Below are positions 30,479 to 41,183 of a DNA stretch of 64,000 bases, piece by piece. The stretch comes from Methanobacteriota archaeon (lineage in GTDB: Archaea; Halobacteriota; Bog-38; Methanoflorentales; Methanoflorentaceae): positions 576,001 to 640,000 of the forward strand of contig CAVRAO010000002.1 in NCBI GenBank assembly GCA_963719035.1, written 5' to 3'. The notes under the pieces are model-generated. The model saw only the letters and a list, made by a program, of their open reading frames with translations, was not told the origin of the DNA and searched no databases. Within the stretch, counting starts at the first letter, position 1. Each line of letters starts with the position of its first letter. Both the position numbers and the translations under genes were made by a program.

Positions 30479-32230
30479 TTACGGTTCATCCTTGTGAGAC
30501 CCCTCCGCGTCCTCCAAGCGTCTCTCAGCGCTTTCCTTGGCACTGTCCTCAGGTCTTTCTTCTTCAGCACTTCCTTCGGCGTTTTCCTTAACAATTTCCT
30601 CGGCGTGTTCCCCAATCTCCGCTATTCCCTCTATTTGTTCTAACTCCTTTTCTTCCTCAAGGATGCTGGTTGAAGGGGTAATCTCAAAAACGTCAGGATG
30701 AAGCTTTGCCGCATTTTCCGGAGAGGTGAGAAGCGTACCCTCAATGGGCTCATTTAGCTTAAGGCCATGCTGTTTTCTGTAAGCGTAGTAGGCGAGAATT
30801 CCGATAATAAACCAGACTGTCCCGAAAATGCGGCCCACCTCGTGCAAGCTCAGCACGAGGATCCAGACGATCAGGTTGATCACAAACCCAAGAACTGCCA
30901 ACAGTGGCAGTTCTACAGTCCCTTTTTTTCGTTTGACGCGTATCGTCAGCGGCGACCGGAATGGTCGATAGAGTTCTGGTCGTTTGTTACGCAGCTTGAT
31001 AAGCGACAGATTCGTCAGCATAAAAGCGATCAACGCCCCGTAATTGTACAAATCAGCTAAGATAATCGTGGGGTCTTCAGTCGTAAGGTCGTATACGTTG
31101 ACTAAGTAAACGAACAATATAAAACCAAGAGAAGCAAGCGTGAAGACGACAATCGTACGATGTGGAACACGAAACTTAGGATGGACCTTGCTAAACCAAG
31201 CCGGCATTATATTATGCCTGCCCATAGAGTAGGTCACCCGTGAAGAGCCAATAACTCCTGTGTTCGACGATACCGCAACGATGGTAAAACCGAGCAGGCC
31301 AACCCACAGCGGCAGCAACGTGTACAGAAAGCTGCTTGAGCCAAGTTCATTTACCACCCCTCGAGCGACTCCGGCGACCGGATCAGTCTGATATGTCGTT
31401 GCTATGTCAAGCGGCGTCAGCGTTCTCAACCCAACGGATAATAAGGCAATGGTCAACGCGACAACGATTACGGCTATTGTCAAGGAAAACGTCGTACGAG
31501 GAATTGTCTTACCCGGATTTTTAGTCTCTTCAGCAGCTTGCGAGAGTGATTCCAACCCGATATACGAAACCATCGCAACGGTGACTGCCCATCCAAAATT
31601 AGACCATGATACGCCAGTACCAAGCTGTGACAGGTTGGAAACGGCGATCGGAGCAGACCACGCGATAATGAACCCCAAACCGATAACCACGATCTCGCTG
31701 AAGATATCTACCACACACATTACGGCGTTGAAAGACGCAGACTCCTTAATACCGATCAAATTCAGCACTATCAAGAATATAATGAAAACAACCGTCCCCA
31801 TCACCTGGAACGTATAGTCTCCCTGCGCGTTTGAGAAATTGACAACTGAGAGCCAATCGAGAATTGGATAGCCTGCATTTGCAAGGTTTTTTGCGAATCC
31901 GCCTAAATACCCCATCGTAAACCACGCAAATATTGCGATACATATCGTATAGTCTAACAGAAGACCCCAGCCCGCTAAGAAACTATAGAAATCCCCGAAC
32001 GCCTCGCGTGTGAATGATGAGGATCCACCGGCGACAGGAATCGCCGGAGCCAGTTCAGCATAGGAAAACGCTGTGCACGCATACCCGATAGCCGCTACCG
32101 CGAGAGCAATTGGAGCGGTGCCCAATCCAAAAAAAAGCACTAATCCAAGCGCGATGTATATGTCAGCACCGACATCAGCATAGCCTATTGAAAATGAGCC
32201 AAAGGCACCAAGGTCACGCTTGAGCGTCAC
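30479..32230 (-). CDS. APC-family permease with acidic C-terminal tail
   Basis: LKRDLG, YADVGADIY, YAELA, SYIGLES, RPFRSP. Confidence 0.9.
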   Translation of the reverse strand: MTLKRDLGAFGSFSIGYADVGADIYIALGLVLFFGLGTAPIALAVAAIGYACTAFSYAELAPAIPVAGGSSSFTREAFGDFYSFLAGWGLLLDYTICIAIFAWFTMGYLGGFAKNLANAGYPILDWLSVVNFSNAQGDYTFQVMGTVVFIIFLIVLNLIGIKESASFNAVMCVVDIFSEIVVIGLGFIIAWSAPIAVSNLSQLGTGVSWSNFGWAVTVAMVSYIGLESLSQAAEETKNPGKTIPRTTFSLTIAVIVVALTIALLSVGLRTLTPLDIATTYQTDPVAGVARGVVNELGSSSFLYTLLPLWVGLLGFTIVAVSSNTGVIGSSRVTYSMGRHNIMPAWFSKVHPKFRVPHRTIVVFTLASLGFILFVYLVNVYDLTTEDPTIILADLYNYGALIAFMLTNLSLIKLRNKRPELYRPFRSPLTIRVKRKKGTVELPLLAVLGFVINLIVWILVLSLHEVGRIFGTVWFIIGILAYYAYRKQHGLKLNEPIEGTLLTSPENAAKLHPDVFEITPSTSILEEEKELEQIEGIAEIGEHAEEIVKENAEGSAEEERPEDSAKESAERRLEDAEGSHKDEP

Positions 32231-32491
32231 CTCTTCTTCGACAATTACCTGGTCTGCACTCAGTTTGCGAACCCCCCTAGGTGCCGACGATGGCTTGGCT
32301 TATTTTACTCGCCCCCTTATATTTAATCACTTTGATCCGTTATCGCGCTGTTTAGGCTTGAAAATGCTTGATAGGCCGCTGCTGCAAAATGCTATGCCCT
32401 CTGCGCGTCGCAGGAGAGGATATCCGGAACAGGTTTATTTGTAATAACTGCAGATAAGACGACGACATTCAATTACGTGCTAGGTGATCGA

Positions 32492-33094
32492 ATGGAAACC
32501 GCGAAGGAAATCTCCTTTCAAGAAGTCACTAAGTTCCACGGGCACATTTGCCCTGGGACAATCATAGGATACCGTGCCGCACAGATAGCAGTGCGAGAAT
32601 TTTCGTCTAAAAAGGCAATCGATGAGGAGCTGATAGCCATCGTCGAAAATGACAGCTGCAGCGTCGACGCCATACAGGTTTTAACAGGCTGCACGTTCGG
32701 GAAAGGCAATCTAATTTTTAAAGACTATGGAAAGCACGTGTATACGTTCATTAACAGGGGGACAGCAGACGCGCTGCGAATCTCTTTGAATAGTTCAGTT
32801 AATCTCGAGGATTTGGATCCAACATGGAGTCAGCTGCGCAAAAAGGTGACTTCTGGTTCTGCCACTTCGCTTGAGCAGCAAGACTTCAGGAAGCGTGCAG
32901 ACAAAATCGCCGAACAACTCATGAATATGCCTGAGGAGGATCTGTTTAACGTTACGCACATCGAAATCGCCAACGTTCCCAAAAAGGCACGCATATTTCA
33001 GTCAGTCGCGTGTCAGAAGTGCGGAGAGTCAGTTTCTGAGCATAGAGTACGACTGGAAAACGGAAAACTGGTGTGCATTCCGTGCTCCGAGTAG
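32492..33094 (+). CDS. fmdE: FmdE family protein
   Basis: FHGHICPG, ENDSCSVDAIQ, GCTFGKGNL, C-terminal CQKCGE...CIPC zinc finger. Confidence 0.88.
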   Translation: METAKEISFQEVTKFHGHICPGTIIGYRAAQIAVREFSSKKAIDEELIAIVENDSCSVDAIQVLTGCTFGKGNLIFKDYGKHVYTFINRGTADALRISLNSSVNLEDLDPTWSQLRKKVTSGSATSLEQQDFRKRADKIAEQLMNMPEEDLFNVTHIEIANVPKKARIFQSVACQKCGESVSEHRVRLENGKLVCIPCSE

Positions 33095-33144
33095 GACACG
33101 GGACGGCCTCTTTTAGGAGGTCAGCCCTATGCCAGACTTCAGCT

Positions 33145-33530
33145 TTATTTGGGCACTGAGCTCAGCTTGATGCCCAAGGCATCGGCGACACCCCTACCAT
33201 AGGCTTTGTCAGCCTTGAGGCAGTTGCCGATGCGCAGACCTTGACTTCTTCGGGGGCGTAGTCCAGCGCGCGGGCGGTATTTTCAAAGAGCACTTGCTGC
33301 TGCTCAGGGCTCATGAGGCGGAAGAGCAGACCGGGCTGGATATAATAATCCTCGTCATCCTCTCGGGCATTCCAGTGGTCGGCAGCGCCTTCCAGGCTGA
33401 GGGGCGGTTTCTTGAACTCAGGCTGCTCCTGCCACTCGCCGTTGCTGTTGGAGTCATAGGCCAGCGTGCTGCCGAAGTTACCGTCCACGCGGATGGTGCC
33501 GTCCCGGTGATAGCTGTGAACCGGGCAGCC
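33145..33530 (-). pseudogene. C-terminal fragment of monofunctional heme catalase
   Basis: [19 protein letters not shown]...[28 protein letters not shown], frameshift, then [20 protein letters not shown]. The N-terminal catalytic part is absent. Confidence 0.85.
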
Positions 33531-33565
33531 TGATAAGCTTCCTGCAATTTACTCTTCGCTTTGCG

Positions 33566-34093
33566 TTATTTGAGCAACACTACATTTCCCATCCCACGCC
33601 GCCTGCGCTCAATAAGACCCCTACTTTCGAGCCCGTAGAGCGCTCTACTAACGTTGGATTTCGGGAGACCGGTCTTTTCAACGAGCACACTCTGATTGAT
33701 GATTCCCTCGTCTATGATAGCTTTGTAGAGTATCTGCTCATCGTTTTTGAGCGTTTTTGCTACCTCTTCCCATCGCTGTCGTCGCTCTTCAACGATAACG
33801 TTCGCAGCGGAGTTAGTATCCACCGGACGTTCAACGTTGATTAGATCGTGCAAAAAAAGGTACGTGCCGCTCACGCTCATCATGATTAACGAAATAGAGA
33901 TCACCAAAATGTCGGAGTAAGTGAACAGCCCCGGAACCTGACTCATTATGACGGTATCCCCTTCAACAAGGATTTGCACAGGTGTCGGATTGAGAAATTT
34001 GAAAGCGAGCACCACGACTGAAGCGACAAAAATGACCGCTGCAAATAACGTCTTTCCGCTGATTCCCCCCTGCGGCATATATATAAACCTCAC
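33566..34093 (-). CDS. Membrane-anchored winged-helix regulator (COG2512-like)
   Basis: Two TM segments, then QSVLVEKTGLPKSNVSRALYGLESRGLIERRRRG. Confidence 0.8.
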   Translation of the reverse strand: MRFIYMPQGGISGKTLFAAVIFVASVVVLAFKFLNPTPVQILVEGDTVIMSQVPGLFTYSDILVISISLIMMSVSGTYLFLHDLINVERPVDTNSAANVIVEERRQRWEEVAKTLKNDEQILYKAIIDEGIINQSVLVEKTGLPKSNVSRALYGLESRGLIERRRRGMGNVVLLK

Positions 34094-34234
34094 GTGTCAG
34101 CTAGTATCACTCAACCGTTGCACCCCGATCCATAACATGTAACCTGGTCTACCGAGATAACCTTTTCATTCGCTTCATCAATGTTGATCATGTAAAACTT
34201 GCCTTCGGTTTTCACGAACAGACCGGTCGTTTCG

Positions 34235-34564
34235 TTAGTGCGCTGACGGAGTTGGAGACGCTGTCAAAACGGCGATTGCCATAACGGTGTAGTTCTTTCC
34301 GGTAAGGAGTGAGCTTACGCGTTCATCTTTTTTTGCGATTTCAGTCAAATTATTTGCGCGCTGGTCAAATTGAGCCTGCTGTAGCGAAGTTTCATTTGAC
34401 AATTTCTGTGACGGTTTAACCACGCTGAAGTAATTATTGTTGCTTCCTGGCATCACCTTATATGCTCCAAGGACGATAATGCCAGCTCCCGCTATGACCC
34501 CTACAATGAGCAAAATGCTGAGCAATGCGAGTCGCCGCCGCAGTCTAGCATCCATCATCTTCAT
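34235..34564 (-). CDS. Hypothetical membrane-anchored protein, possibly truncated
   Basis: N-terminal basic stretch plus TM helix. Confidence 0.45.
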   Translation of the reverse strand: MKMMDARLRRRLALLSILLIVGVIAGAGIIVLGAYKVMPGSNNNYFSVVKPSQKLSNETSLQQAQFDQRANNLTEIAKKDERVSSLLTGKNYTVMAIAVLTASPTPSAH

Positions 34565-34790
34565 CCTCAGTAAATGCGCTAAAAAAACTCGCTTTTCGGT
34601 TCAAAGAGTCCCTAGTTTGACGTTGGATATCTTGTGTGTGTATAGGTCTTATCCTCACCTTCTTGCACTTCATTTTTTCGGATAACTTACTACTTGTTTT
34701 TAACAATGCGGTTTCACTCTCAACCCAATCGCTTTTAGAGAACGTTTTCATGGCAAATCTGAACGATTTAAGAGTCGCTCTTGAACTGCT

Positions 34791-35540
34791 TCAACTGAAA
34801 TAATAAGGCAACGCATCATCTATCCTCTTGACGCCAACAACTGTTACGTTATAACCCTCTTTTTGGAGCTGAGCCTGCAAGTTAACGCCCCCAACAACGT
34901 TTATGGCCAGTGGAGAAGTAGTGCTTACTATAGTCTGACCGCTAGGAACAATGATTATTCGAGCACCGGCTCGTGCTGCCGCCTGTGCTTTTGGATATAC
35001 GCCGCTAACACTAATTACCGTTCCATTGCTACCAATTGCTCCGGTTCCGTACACAGAAGAATTAGTTTGCTGTTTAGTGAGGGCCGAATAAGTCGCTATC
35101 GCCATAGGAAGTCCGGCGCTCGGTCCATCGACCTCAGTTACTCCTTGAGGTACTTTAACGACGAATTCAAAGTCTCGCTGATCCTTATTAATCTGAGTCC
35201 TTTCTGCTGCAACTTCTACTGCATCTCTCGCCGTCGCTTGAAAATCTCCACCCGTCAGAGGCGCTGTTTCCACAAAGACGTGGCCAGTTCCAAGTTGCGT
35301 ATAAACAATAACATTAGATACAGTGCCCTTATAGACGCCGCTGTCATCATCGGATACGGCGAGCATATGCGCGGTGCCATAACTTGTGACGCTAGAGTTT
35401 ATTCCCAAAGGAGATTGGGAGGGGTTGAGTTGAGTGAGAAGTGGAACGTTAACCGTACATCCTACTGTCAAGACTGGCAAGAGCAGCAACAGAACGCACA
35501 AGATCGGTATTACGCGATGCGGTTTCATAGTCAAAGCCAA
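34791..35540 (-). CDS. Secreted/lipoprotein S16 (Lon-like) serine protease
   Basis: TVGC lipobox, VDGPSAG catalytic Ser, TGAI...GVYPKAQAA catalytic Lys. Confidence 0.82.
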   Translation of the reverse strand: MALTMKPHRVIPILCVLLLLLPVLTVGCTVNVPLLTQLNPSQSPLGINSSVTSYGTAHMLAVSDDDSGVYKGTVSNVIVYTQLGTGHVFVETAPLTGGDFQATARDAVEVAAERTQINKDQRDFEFVVKVPQGVTEVDGPSAGLPMAIATYSALTKQQTNSSVYGTGAIGSNGTVISVSGVYPKAQAAARAGARIIIVPSGQTIVSTTSPLAINVVGGVNLQAQLQKEGYNVTVVGVKRIDDALPYYFS

Positions 35541-36223
35541 CCTAACCTCTCATAGCAATCTCGTGTGTTTTTATAATAACCTTTGCTGTTAGAGGGGCAT
35601 AACACGTGCCAAAAAACCCGCAGCGAGATGTAACGCAATTCTTCATTTAATCGAGCACGGCAATCTTCATTGCTGAGTTTCGATCCGATGCGGCAGCTAG
35701 ACCTCCTTGTACGGAGTCCCATTTTTTTCATCACTGTGCTTAGCCACACGTTATCCATCCGTGCCCTATTCAAGAAAAGGAAAAGGAGATGCGGCGGGAG
35801 CCTCCTAATAAGCTCAAGGGGGGATATAGCATTGAAGATTCCCGCCAAGTCGTTTCTCTATTAAGTACCGCTTGTTCAGTTGTACTTAGGAAGTTGCTGG
35901 TACTGCAACCCCAACATCACAATTGACAATCTACCTTATCTTTGATACGTGTGAAACTAGTTTCCAACTCGAAGAAAAAACCTATTCACTTTGTCGTATG
36001 CAGTTTTGTGGCTCCAACGTTTCTTGAAAGAGCAAAAAAAGTGGCGACTGTCGATAAAACTCCTCTCCAGTCGCCGAGCGAGAAAAACAAAAAGTGTGCG
36101 TAACAGCGTGCCACGTATTTTCGCAAATACCAGCTGCAGAGCCACGAAGATGAGCTCGTCACACCAGCTTTAGCTATTTGAGGTCATTGTCACATTCGTG
36201 CAGCCGTAGCAAAAGCTGATGAT

Positions 36224-36421
36224 TCACGTAGGGTGCGCTGGTTCAAGATCAAAGACGTCGTATACCCACAAAGTACGCTTTTGCCAGTCCTTACATAGCG
36301 CACTTTTCGATACACGATACTTTGCGGAAAGCTTTTCGAGGATGTCAGACATGTTCAGTTGAGCGACATACAAACGGTACATCTCTCGCCTCCTCGAATA
36401 CAATTCTTCTTTTTTCGTCAT
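36224..36421 (-). CDS. Small HTH-like protein, possibly truncated
   Basis: RRREMYRLY...LSAKYRVSKSALCKDW. Confidence 0.5.
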   Translation of the reverse strand: MTKKEELYSRRREMYRLYVAQLNMSDILEKLSAKYRVSKSALCKDWQKRTLWVYDVFDLEPAHPT

Positions 36422-36532
36422 GATTAACCTTAGTAGAGAGTCCTACATTTATCTGGAAAAGATTTAAACTTTTTCTGGAAACGAAGGTCATGAAGCGTGC
36501 GGATCAACTTTAAAGTGGATTTGATTGGGGGG

Positions 36533-37201
36533 CTACCACATCCAACCCTTCTCCATCCAATAGTCGTATTGATGGCTCCATGCCTCTTTATTTGCTTTCA
36601 CTAGTTCCCTGAAAAACTCACCTCTCTCGGCAATCGAGCTTTCCTGATCAGCGTAGTGACGCTTTCTCTCTATTGCGTCCGCAAGAGTCTGCCCGAGGTT
36701 GCGCGCTTCGGTAATCGCTGCATCAAGCGCGGCAGGGTTGCTGCCAACGGCAACGCCGACCTCGCTCACCGTCACTGCTCCCAAATCGTTCAGGAAATAA
36801 TTCATATAGCTAAGCACTTCGCTGATACCCGAACCCCCTGCCGTGGTCACAGCGCAACCATATTTCCCCACGAGCATTTGGCAATGGATTGCGTCAGCCA
36901 GGCGGTCAATCAGCGTCTTGAGTTGTGCGGTGACGCCATTAATGTACACCGGTGAGCCGAGAACGATCCCGTCGGCGCGCATCATTTTTTCCCACAATTC
37001 AGTGAGATCATACTCCTGAATGCACTCGCCTTCAGCGTAACAAACCGGACACCCTATACAATATTATATGTCCAATGCACCGATATCAACAAGTTCAGTT
37101 TCTGCGCCGCGCTCCTTCGCGCCGTCGAGGACAGCATTTACAAGTTTAAGCGTCCGAATGTTTTTCCCACGGGGACTGCTATTTATTCCAAGTGTTTTCA
37201 T
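36533..37201 (-). pseudogene. Iron-sulfur flavoprotein (Isf/flavodoxin-like) with in-frame TAA at 37064-37066
   Basis: MKTLGINSSPRG...DI*YCIGCPVCYAEGEC...ADGIVLGSPVY. Confidence 0.85.
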
Positions 37202-37305
37202 CTTTGCACCTCGATTACGTACAATATAGAGGTCATGTCATAATTAAGGTTTCAGACTTGCAGCAAACATACCTTTATCGTGTTTCTGTGAAAGACCAAG
37301 TTTGC

Positions 37306-37882
37306 GTGGTTGACTTCGATTCGTTTTATGAGGGCGCGCCACCGAGGGACATAGGTCGCCCTCAAAAAGAGTTCGTGCAGCTGGAAGAAGCGGGGGAAAT
37401 TGTAGGCTCCGTGCTTGATGTCGGATGTGGGACTGGAGAGAACGCGCTGTTTCTTGCGAGTCAAGGACATACCGTTTGGGGAGTAGATTTTAGCCCCATC
37501 GCGATCAAGAACGCACAGAGCAAAGCGGAGCGACGCAAGTTAAACGTAAACTTTCTCCTATGGGACGCATTGGATCTGCATAATCTTGGGAAAGCGTTAA
37601 TTCTATCATCGACTCGGGATTTTTCCACGTGTTGAGCGACAAAGAGCGCCCCCGTTTTATCACGAATCTTGCGGCCGTTCTCAATCCGGAGGGAACTTAT
37701 TTCATGCTTGTTTCAGCGATTTGGAACCCGGGACATACTGTCCTCGACGGGTTACGCTGGCCGAAATAAGGGGCTCATTTGAGCGTCCGCAGCACATTAA
37801 TTACATCAAGTCAGCGCAGAAGGCGGGCCGAAACCACCCCAACGGCATGCGCGCGTGGCTCTCGTCAATTTCGAAGGCGTAG
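37306..37882 (+). pseudogene. Class I SAM-dependent methyltransferase with -1 frameshifts (~37598, ~37710)
   Basis: DIGRPQ, VLDVGCGTGENA, then in shifted frames IIDSGFFHVLSD and FSDLEPG..PRRVT. Confidence 0.8.
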
Positions 37883-38041
37883 TGGGGCGTGCGATTACAA
37901 GCGCCAGGACCCACCTGCCGTTAGATGTATTTACTCACTGCCTCCTACAGGCTTTAGCGCACATGAATTCTAAATTTCAAGTGTGGTAGACATATACGCA
38001 CAGAAACCAACTGCACCACCAATTGCCGTAGGAGGGCAATC

Positions 38042-38779
38042 ATGCACAGGAAAATCGCTAACGCGATAAAGTTGCGCGATGATCCGGTCGGTATTCTGCT
38101 TACCGATCACAAACCCGAAGGGGTTTTAGAGTTCACAAAAGAAAGCAAAGAGAGGAACCGCTGCGTCATGCCGTTGTTCGTGGCGGCCATGAACGGCCGC
38201 ACCGCCGTGCTCGAAAAAGAAACTGTCCTCTGTCCCGGTGAACAGGTAGGGCTGCGTTTCGCCCCATATCAGCTCGGCTATATCGACTACTTCCTTTCAA
38301 CCGGAAAGGCAGGTCAGTTTGAAGGCGAATACCGAAAGAAAACCCCTGAATTGGTGCGGGAGTTCATCAAAAACCCCCCCTCGATCAAGTTACCGACGCG
38401 CTACGTCGTTATGAAACCGCTCGCTGAGGTCACCGATGACGAAACTGATGAATTGGCGATCATCGTCTTCGTCGCGAACGCTGATCAGCTCTCGGCCCTC
38501 GCGACCCTAGCAAACTTCGATCGACCCACCAACGACAACGTTTCGACGTTGTTTGGCTCTGGATGCGGAAGCCTCGTGATGCAGGTACTGGAGCAGGCGC
38601 GCTCCGAACGGCCGAAGGCCGTCATCGGCCTCACTGACATTAGTGCACGTAAGTACTTCGACAAGAACGTGCTGTCATTCAGCGTGCCCTTCAAGCGGTT
38701 TCTCGCGATGGAGGCAAACGTCGACCAGAGCTTTCTTACCAAAGGGAGGGACTGGCCAAAAATCGTAGAACGGCTCTGA
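38042..38779 (+). CDS. DUF169 family protein
   Basis: CPGxxxGL, YRKKTPEL, ANADQLSALATLAN, FGSGC, AVIGLTDISARK. Confidence 0.8.
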   Translation: MHRKIANAIKLRDDPVGILLTDHKPEGVLEFTKESKERNRCVMPLFVAAMNGRTAVLEKETVLCPGEQVGLRFAPYQLGYIDYFLSTGKAGQFEGEYRKKTPELVREFIKNPPSIKLPTRYVVMKPLAEVTDDETDELAIIVFVANADQLSALATLANFDRPTNDNVSTLFGSGCGSLVMQVLEQARSERPKAVIGLTDISARKYFDKNVLSFSVPFKRFLAMEANVDQSFLTKGRDWPKIVERL

Positions 38780-38983
38780 TAGCCTAGGCAATCGTTAAAA
38801 AGCTTCAGTCGGGCTACAATTTCTTCGTTATTTGCAGCCCGACAGGATAGCGCCAGCGGATAAAAAAGATGTGAGCGACACTTATCCCATTCAACTCGGT
38901 TCAGAGCGCAGACGAACATGTTCTGTGGACGCACATCCACCCTGGCTAACTACAGCACGCTCCAGAGCCACGAGGCCTCAATT

Positions 38984-39343
38984 TTATTGAACGACAATCG
39001 TCCCCTTCATGTAGGTGTGGATGCTGCAGTGGTAGGGAAACGTTCCGGTCGCGTTGAACTGATACGCGTAGGTGCCACCCGTGCCAAACAGTGGTGATGA
39101 GAATACCTGGCTGTCTGAAGTAATCTGATGCTCGACTGAATTCTCGTTTCTCCACGTCACAGTCGCCCCTTTTTGAATCGTGAGCGTGGAAGGGCTAAAA
39201 GCATAATCTTTGATCCCGACCGTATTTTGACTCGCAGGGTTGGTAACCGGACCTGGACTCGGATTCGAGGTCGAGGTACAGCCAGCGATCAGCACGTTTA
39301 CGACCACTACATCAGCTAACACAAATAGAATACGTTTCTTCAC
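38984..39343 (-). CDS. Cupredoxin (plastocyanin/amicyanin-like) lipoprotein
   Basis: IAGC lipobox, AFSPSTLTI, type-1 Cu ligands H...CSIH..M. Confidence 0.88.
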   Translation of the reverse strand: MKKRILFVLADVVVVNVLIAGCTSTSNPSPGPVTNPASQNTVGIKDYAFSPSTLTIQKGATVTWRNENSVEHQITSDSQVFSSPLFGTGGTYAYQFNATGTFPYHCSIHTYMKGTIVVQ

Positions 39344-39485
39344 TTTTTTGCCTCCATATCGCACGCAAGCAGTTTGCGTATCTACCATCGCTTGTAATTG
39401 TTCGCTTGCTTATTCAGTCTTGTCCACGGAGTTCATCAGTAAATTGGGTTTCTGGTTGTGGAAAGGTATTTAACCAAAATCATGC

Positions 39486-40160
39486 ATGTCGGAAAAGATG
39501 CCTCTTCACGAGTCGCTTCTGCGTGCGTCGGTTGCATCAGCATACCTCGGCAGGTTTGACTACGACGTCACCCACTTCATTAGAGCGCTTAATAGCGGCG
39601 GCCCCGTTGACTCCCTCTTCTCATGGATCACATTCACCGGAACCATCATCTTTATGGTGCTCATCAGCACCTCTCTCTATCTCGCAGGTGCCCGCAAGGA
39701 AGCACTCGTTTTCACGATCGTCCTGATTATCACAACTGCGATAACGTTCGGGCTCAAGTATGTCATCGCGCGTCCGCGTCCGAGTGATTTGGGTGTAGTG
39801 CCCCAAAACCTGCCAGCGTTTCCAAGCGGTCACACGGCGAATGCGTTTGCGTTTGCCACGACGATTTCATCCTATCATCGAAAGTTCAACGTCGTGATGT
39901 TCTCGTGGGCATTGCTTGTCGCCTTAAGCAGAGTCTACCTTGGGCTACACTACGTTACCGACCTCATTGGTGGAGCGCTTGTCGGCATTACAGTAAGCGT
40001 CATCGTCACTCACGTTGCGAAACGCTTCGATGAAGAAGTAACGAGCATCGCCAACACGCCACCTGCACCGACAACTTGGCGAGAAGGATTTAAGCTGCCG
40101 GTCGTATTCGTCACACAGCTAGTTCAGGTGGGTTACGCTTTAGTTAAGAGGCGTACGTAG
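39486..40160 (+). CDS. PAP2-family phosphatase
   Basis: KYVIARPRP, FPSGH, SRVYLGLHYVTD. Confidence 0.9.
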   Translation: MSEKMPLHESLLRASVASAYLGRFDYDVTHFIRALNSGGPVDSLFSWITFTGTIIFMVLISTSLYLAGARKEALVFTIVLIITTAITFGLKYVIARPRPSDLGVVPQNLPAFPSGHTANAFAFATTISSYHRKFNVVMFSWALLVALSRVYLGLHYVTDLIGGALVGITVSVIVTHVAKRFDEEVTSIANTPPAPTTWREGFKLPVVFVTQLVQVGYALVKRRT

Positions 40161-40484
40161 CAAGATTTTACCCGACGTTCGACTTAGCGACGATATCTAT
40201 TTATGTGCGCCCCTGTATGGGGGGTGGTGCATGTTGCTAACGCAGGCCGTAATGGCCCTGAGCATTATCACCATCGGCACACAGTGTCGAGGCAGCGAGG
40301 TGTGATTTATCCAGAAGGAGTCCGGCACGTCGACGCTGCCCCTAGAACAGCGGTAGTGCTATATCTTTTAAGGTAGCGCTTTAAAATCGAAGAGCCCCGT
40401 CGAGAGGTTAAAGAACTATGTCCTGCAGAATCTAAGTATCAAGAGCAACCTGTATTATGAATATACTGGAGACAAGGCAACTAT

Positions 40485-41177
40485 ATGATTGACTTTTTCC
40501 TCAATTTCGACCAATACCTCCCGGGACTTGTCGAGGTTTACGGCTTCTGGATATATCTAATACTTTTTGTCATCATTTTCTGTGAAACTGGCTTCGTCTT
40601 CATGCCGTTCCTCCCTGGAGATTCGCTCCTTTTTGTGGCCGGCACGCTCGTGGGATCCACCGTTCTGAAGATTGAGCTTCTCTTCGTCTCTCTTTCTGTT
40701 GCAGCAATCCTCGGAGACACGGCAAATTACTGGATCGGCCATACTGCAGGGAAGAAGGTGCTGACTATAAAGTACTTCGTGGTAAAACACGAGCACCTTG
40801 AAAAAACAGAGAAGTATTTTCAGAAATACGGGGGGCTGACCATTGTCATTGCCCGTTTCATCCCATTCATCCGGACATTCGCACCATTCCTTGCAGGCAT
40901 AGGGAAGATGAGATACCGCTGGTTCCTGATGTACAACGTCGTGGGTGGAATTTTGTGGGTCTTGACTTTCCTCCTTGCAGGATATTTCTTTGGCAATATT
41001 CCAATCGTCAAGGATAATTTCCAGCTCGTGGTTCTGGCAATTATCGGCCTTTCCCTCTTTGTAGTCTTCTCGATGATCGTGGGGGCAATCCGCTCGCGCA
41101 GACCCCGCCCGGTCCCGACCGCCGATAATCGGAAGGCAATCAAAGCACTGGATGATCTGGAGTTTAAGGAGAAGTGA
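40485..41177 (+). CDS. dedA: DedA family membrane protein
   Basis: FCETG...FLPGDSLLF, ARFIPFIRTFAPF. Confidence 0.92.
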   Translation: MIDFFLNFDQYLPGLVEVYGFWIYLILFVIIFCETGFVFMPFLPGDSLLFVAGTLVGSTVLKIELLFVSLSVAAILGDTANYWIGHTAGKKVLTIKYFVVKHEHLEKTEKYFQKYGGLTIVIARFIPFIRTFAPFLAGIGKMRYRWFLMYNVVGGILWVLTFLLAGYFFGNIPIVKDNFQLVVLAIIGLSLFVVFSMIVGAIRSRRPRPVPTADNRKAIKALDDLEFKEK

Positions 41178-41183
41178 GGAAAC

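Noticed and set aside
29311-32230. APC permease plus USP pairing
   Set aside because: A well-known association in archaea.
34863-35555. 230-aa antisense ORF over the S16 protease, and many other overlapping ORFs in the track
   Set aside because: Shadow frames of real genes, with no motifs or RBS.
37064-37066. Sec/Pyl recoding in the flavoprotein
   Set aside because: The stop is TAA, not TGA or TAG, and falls at a non-catalytic position.
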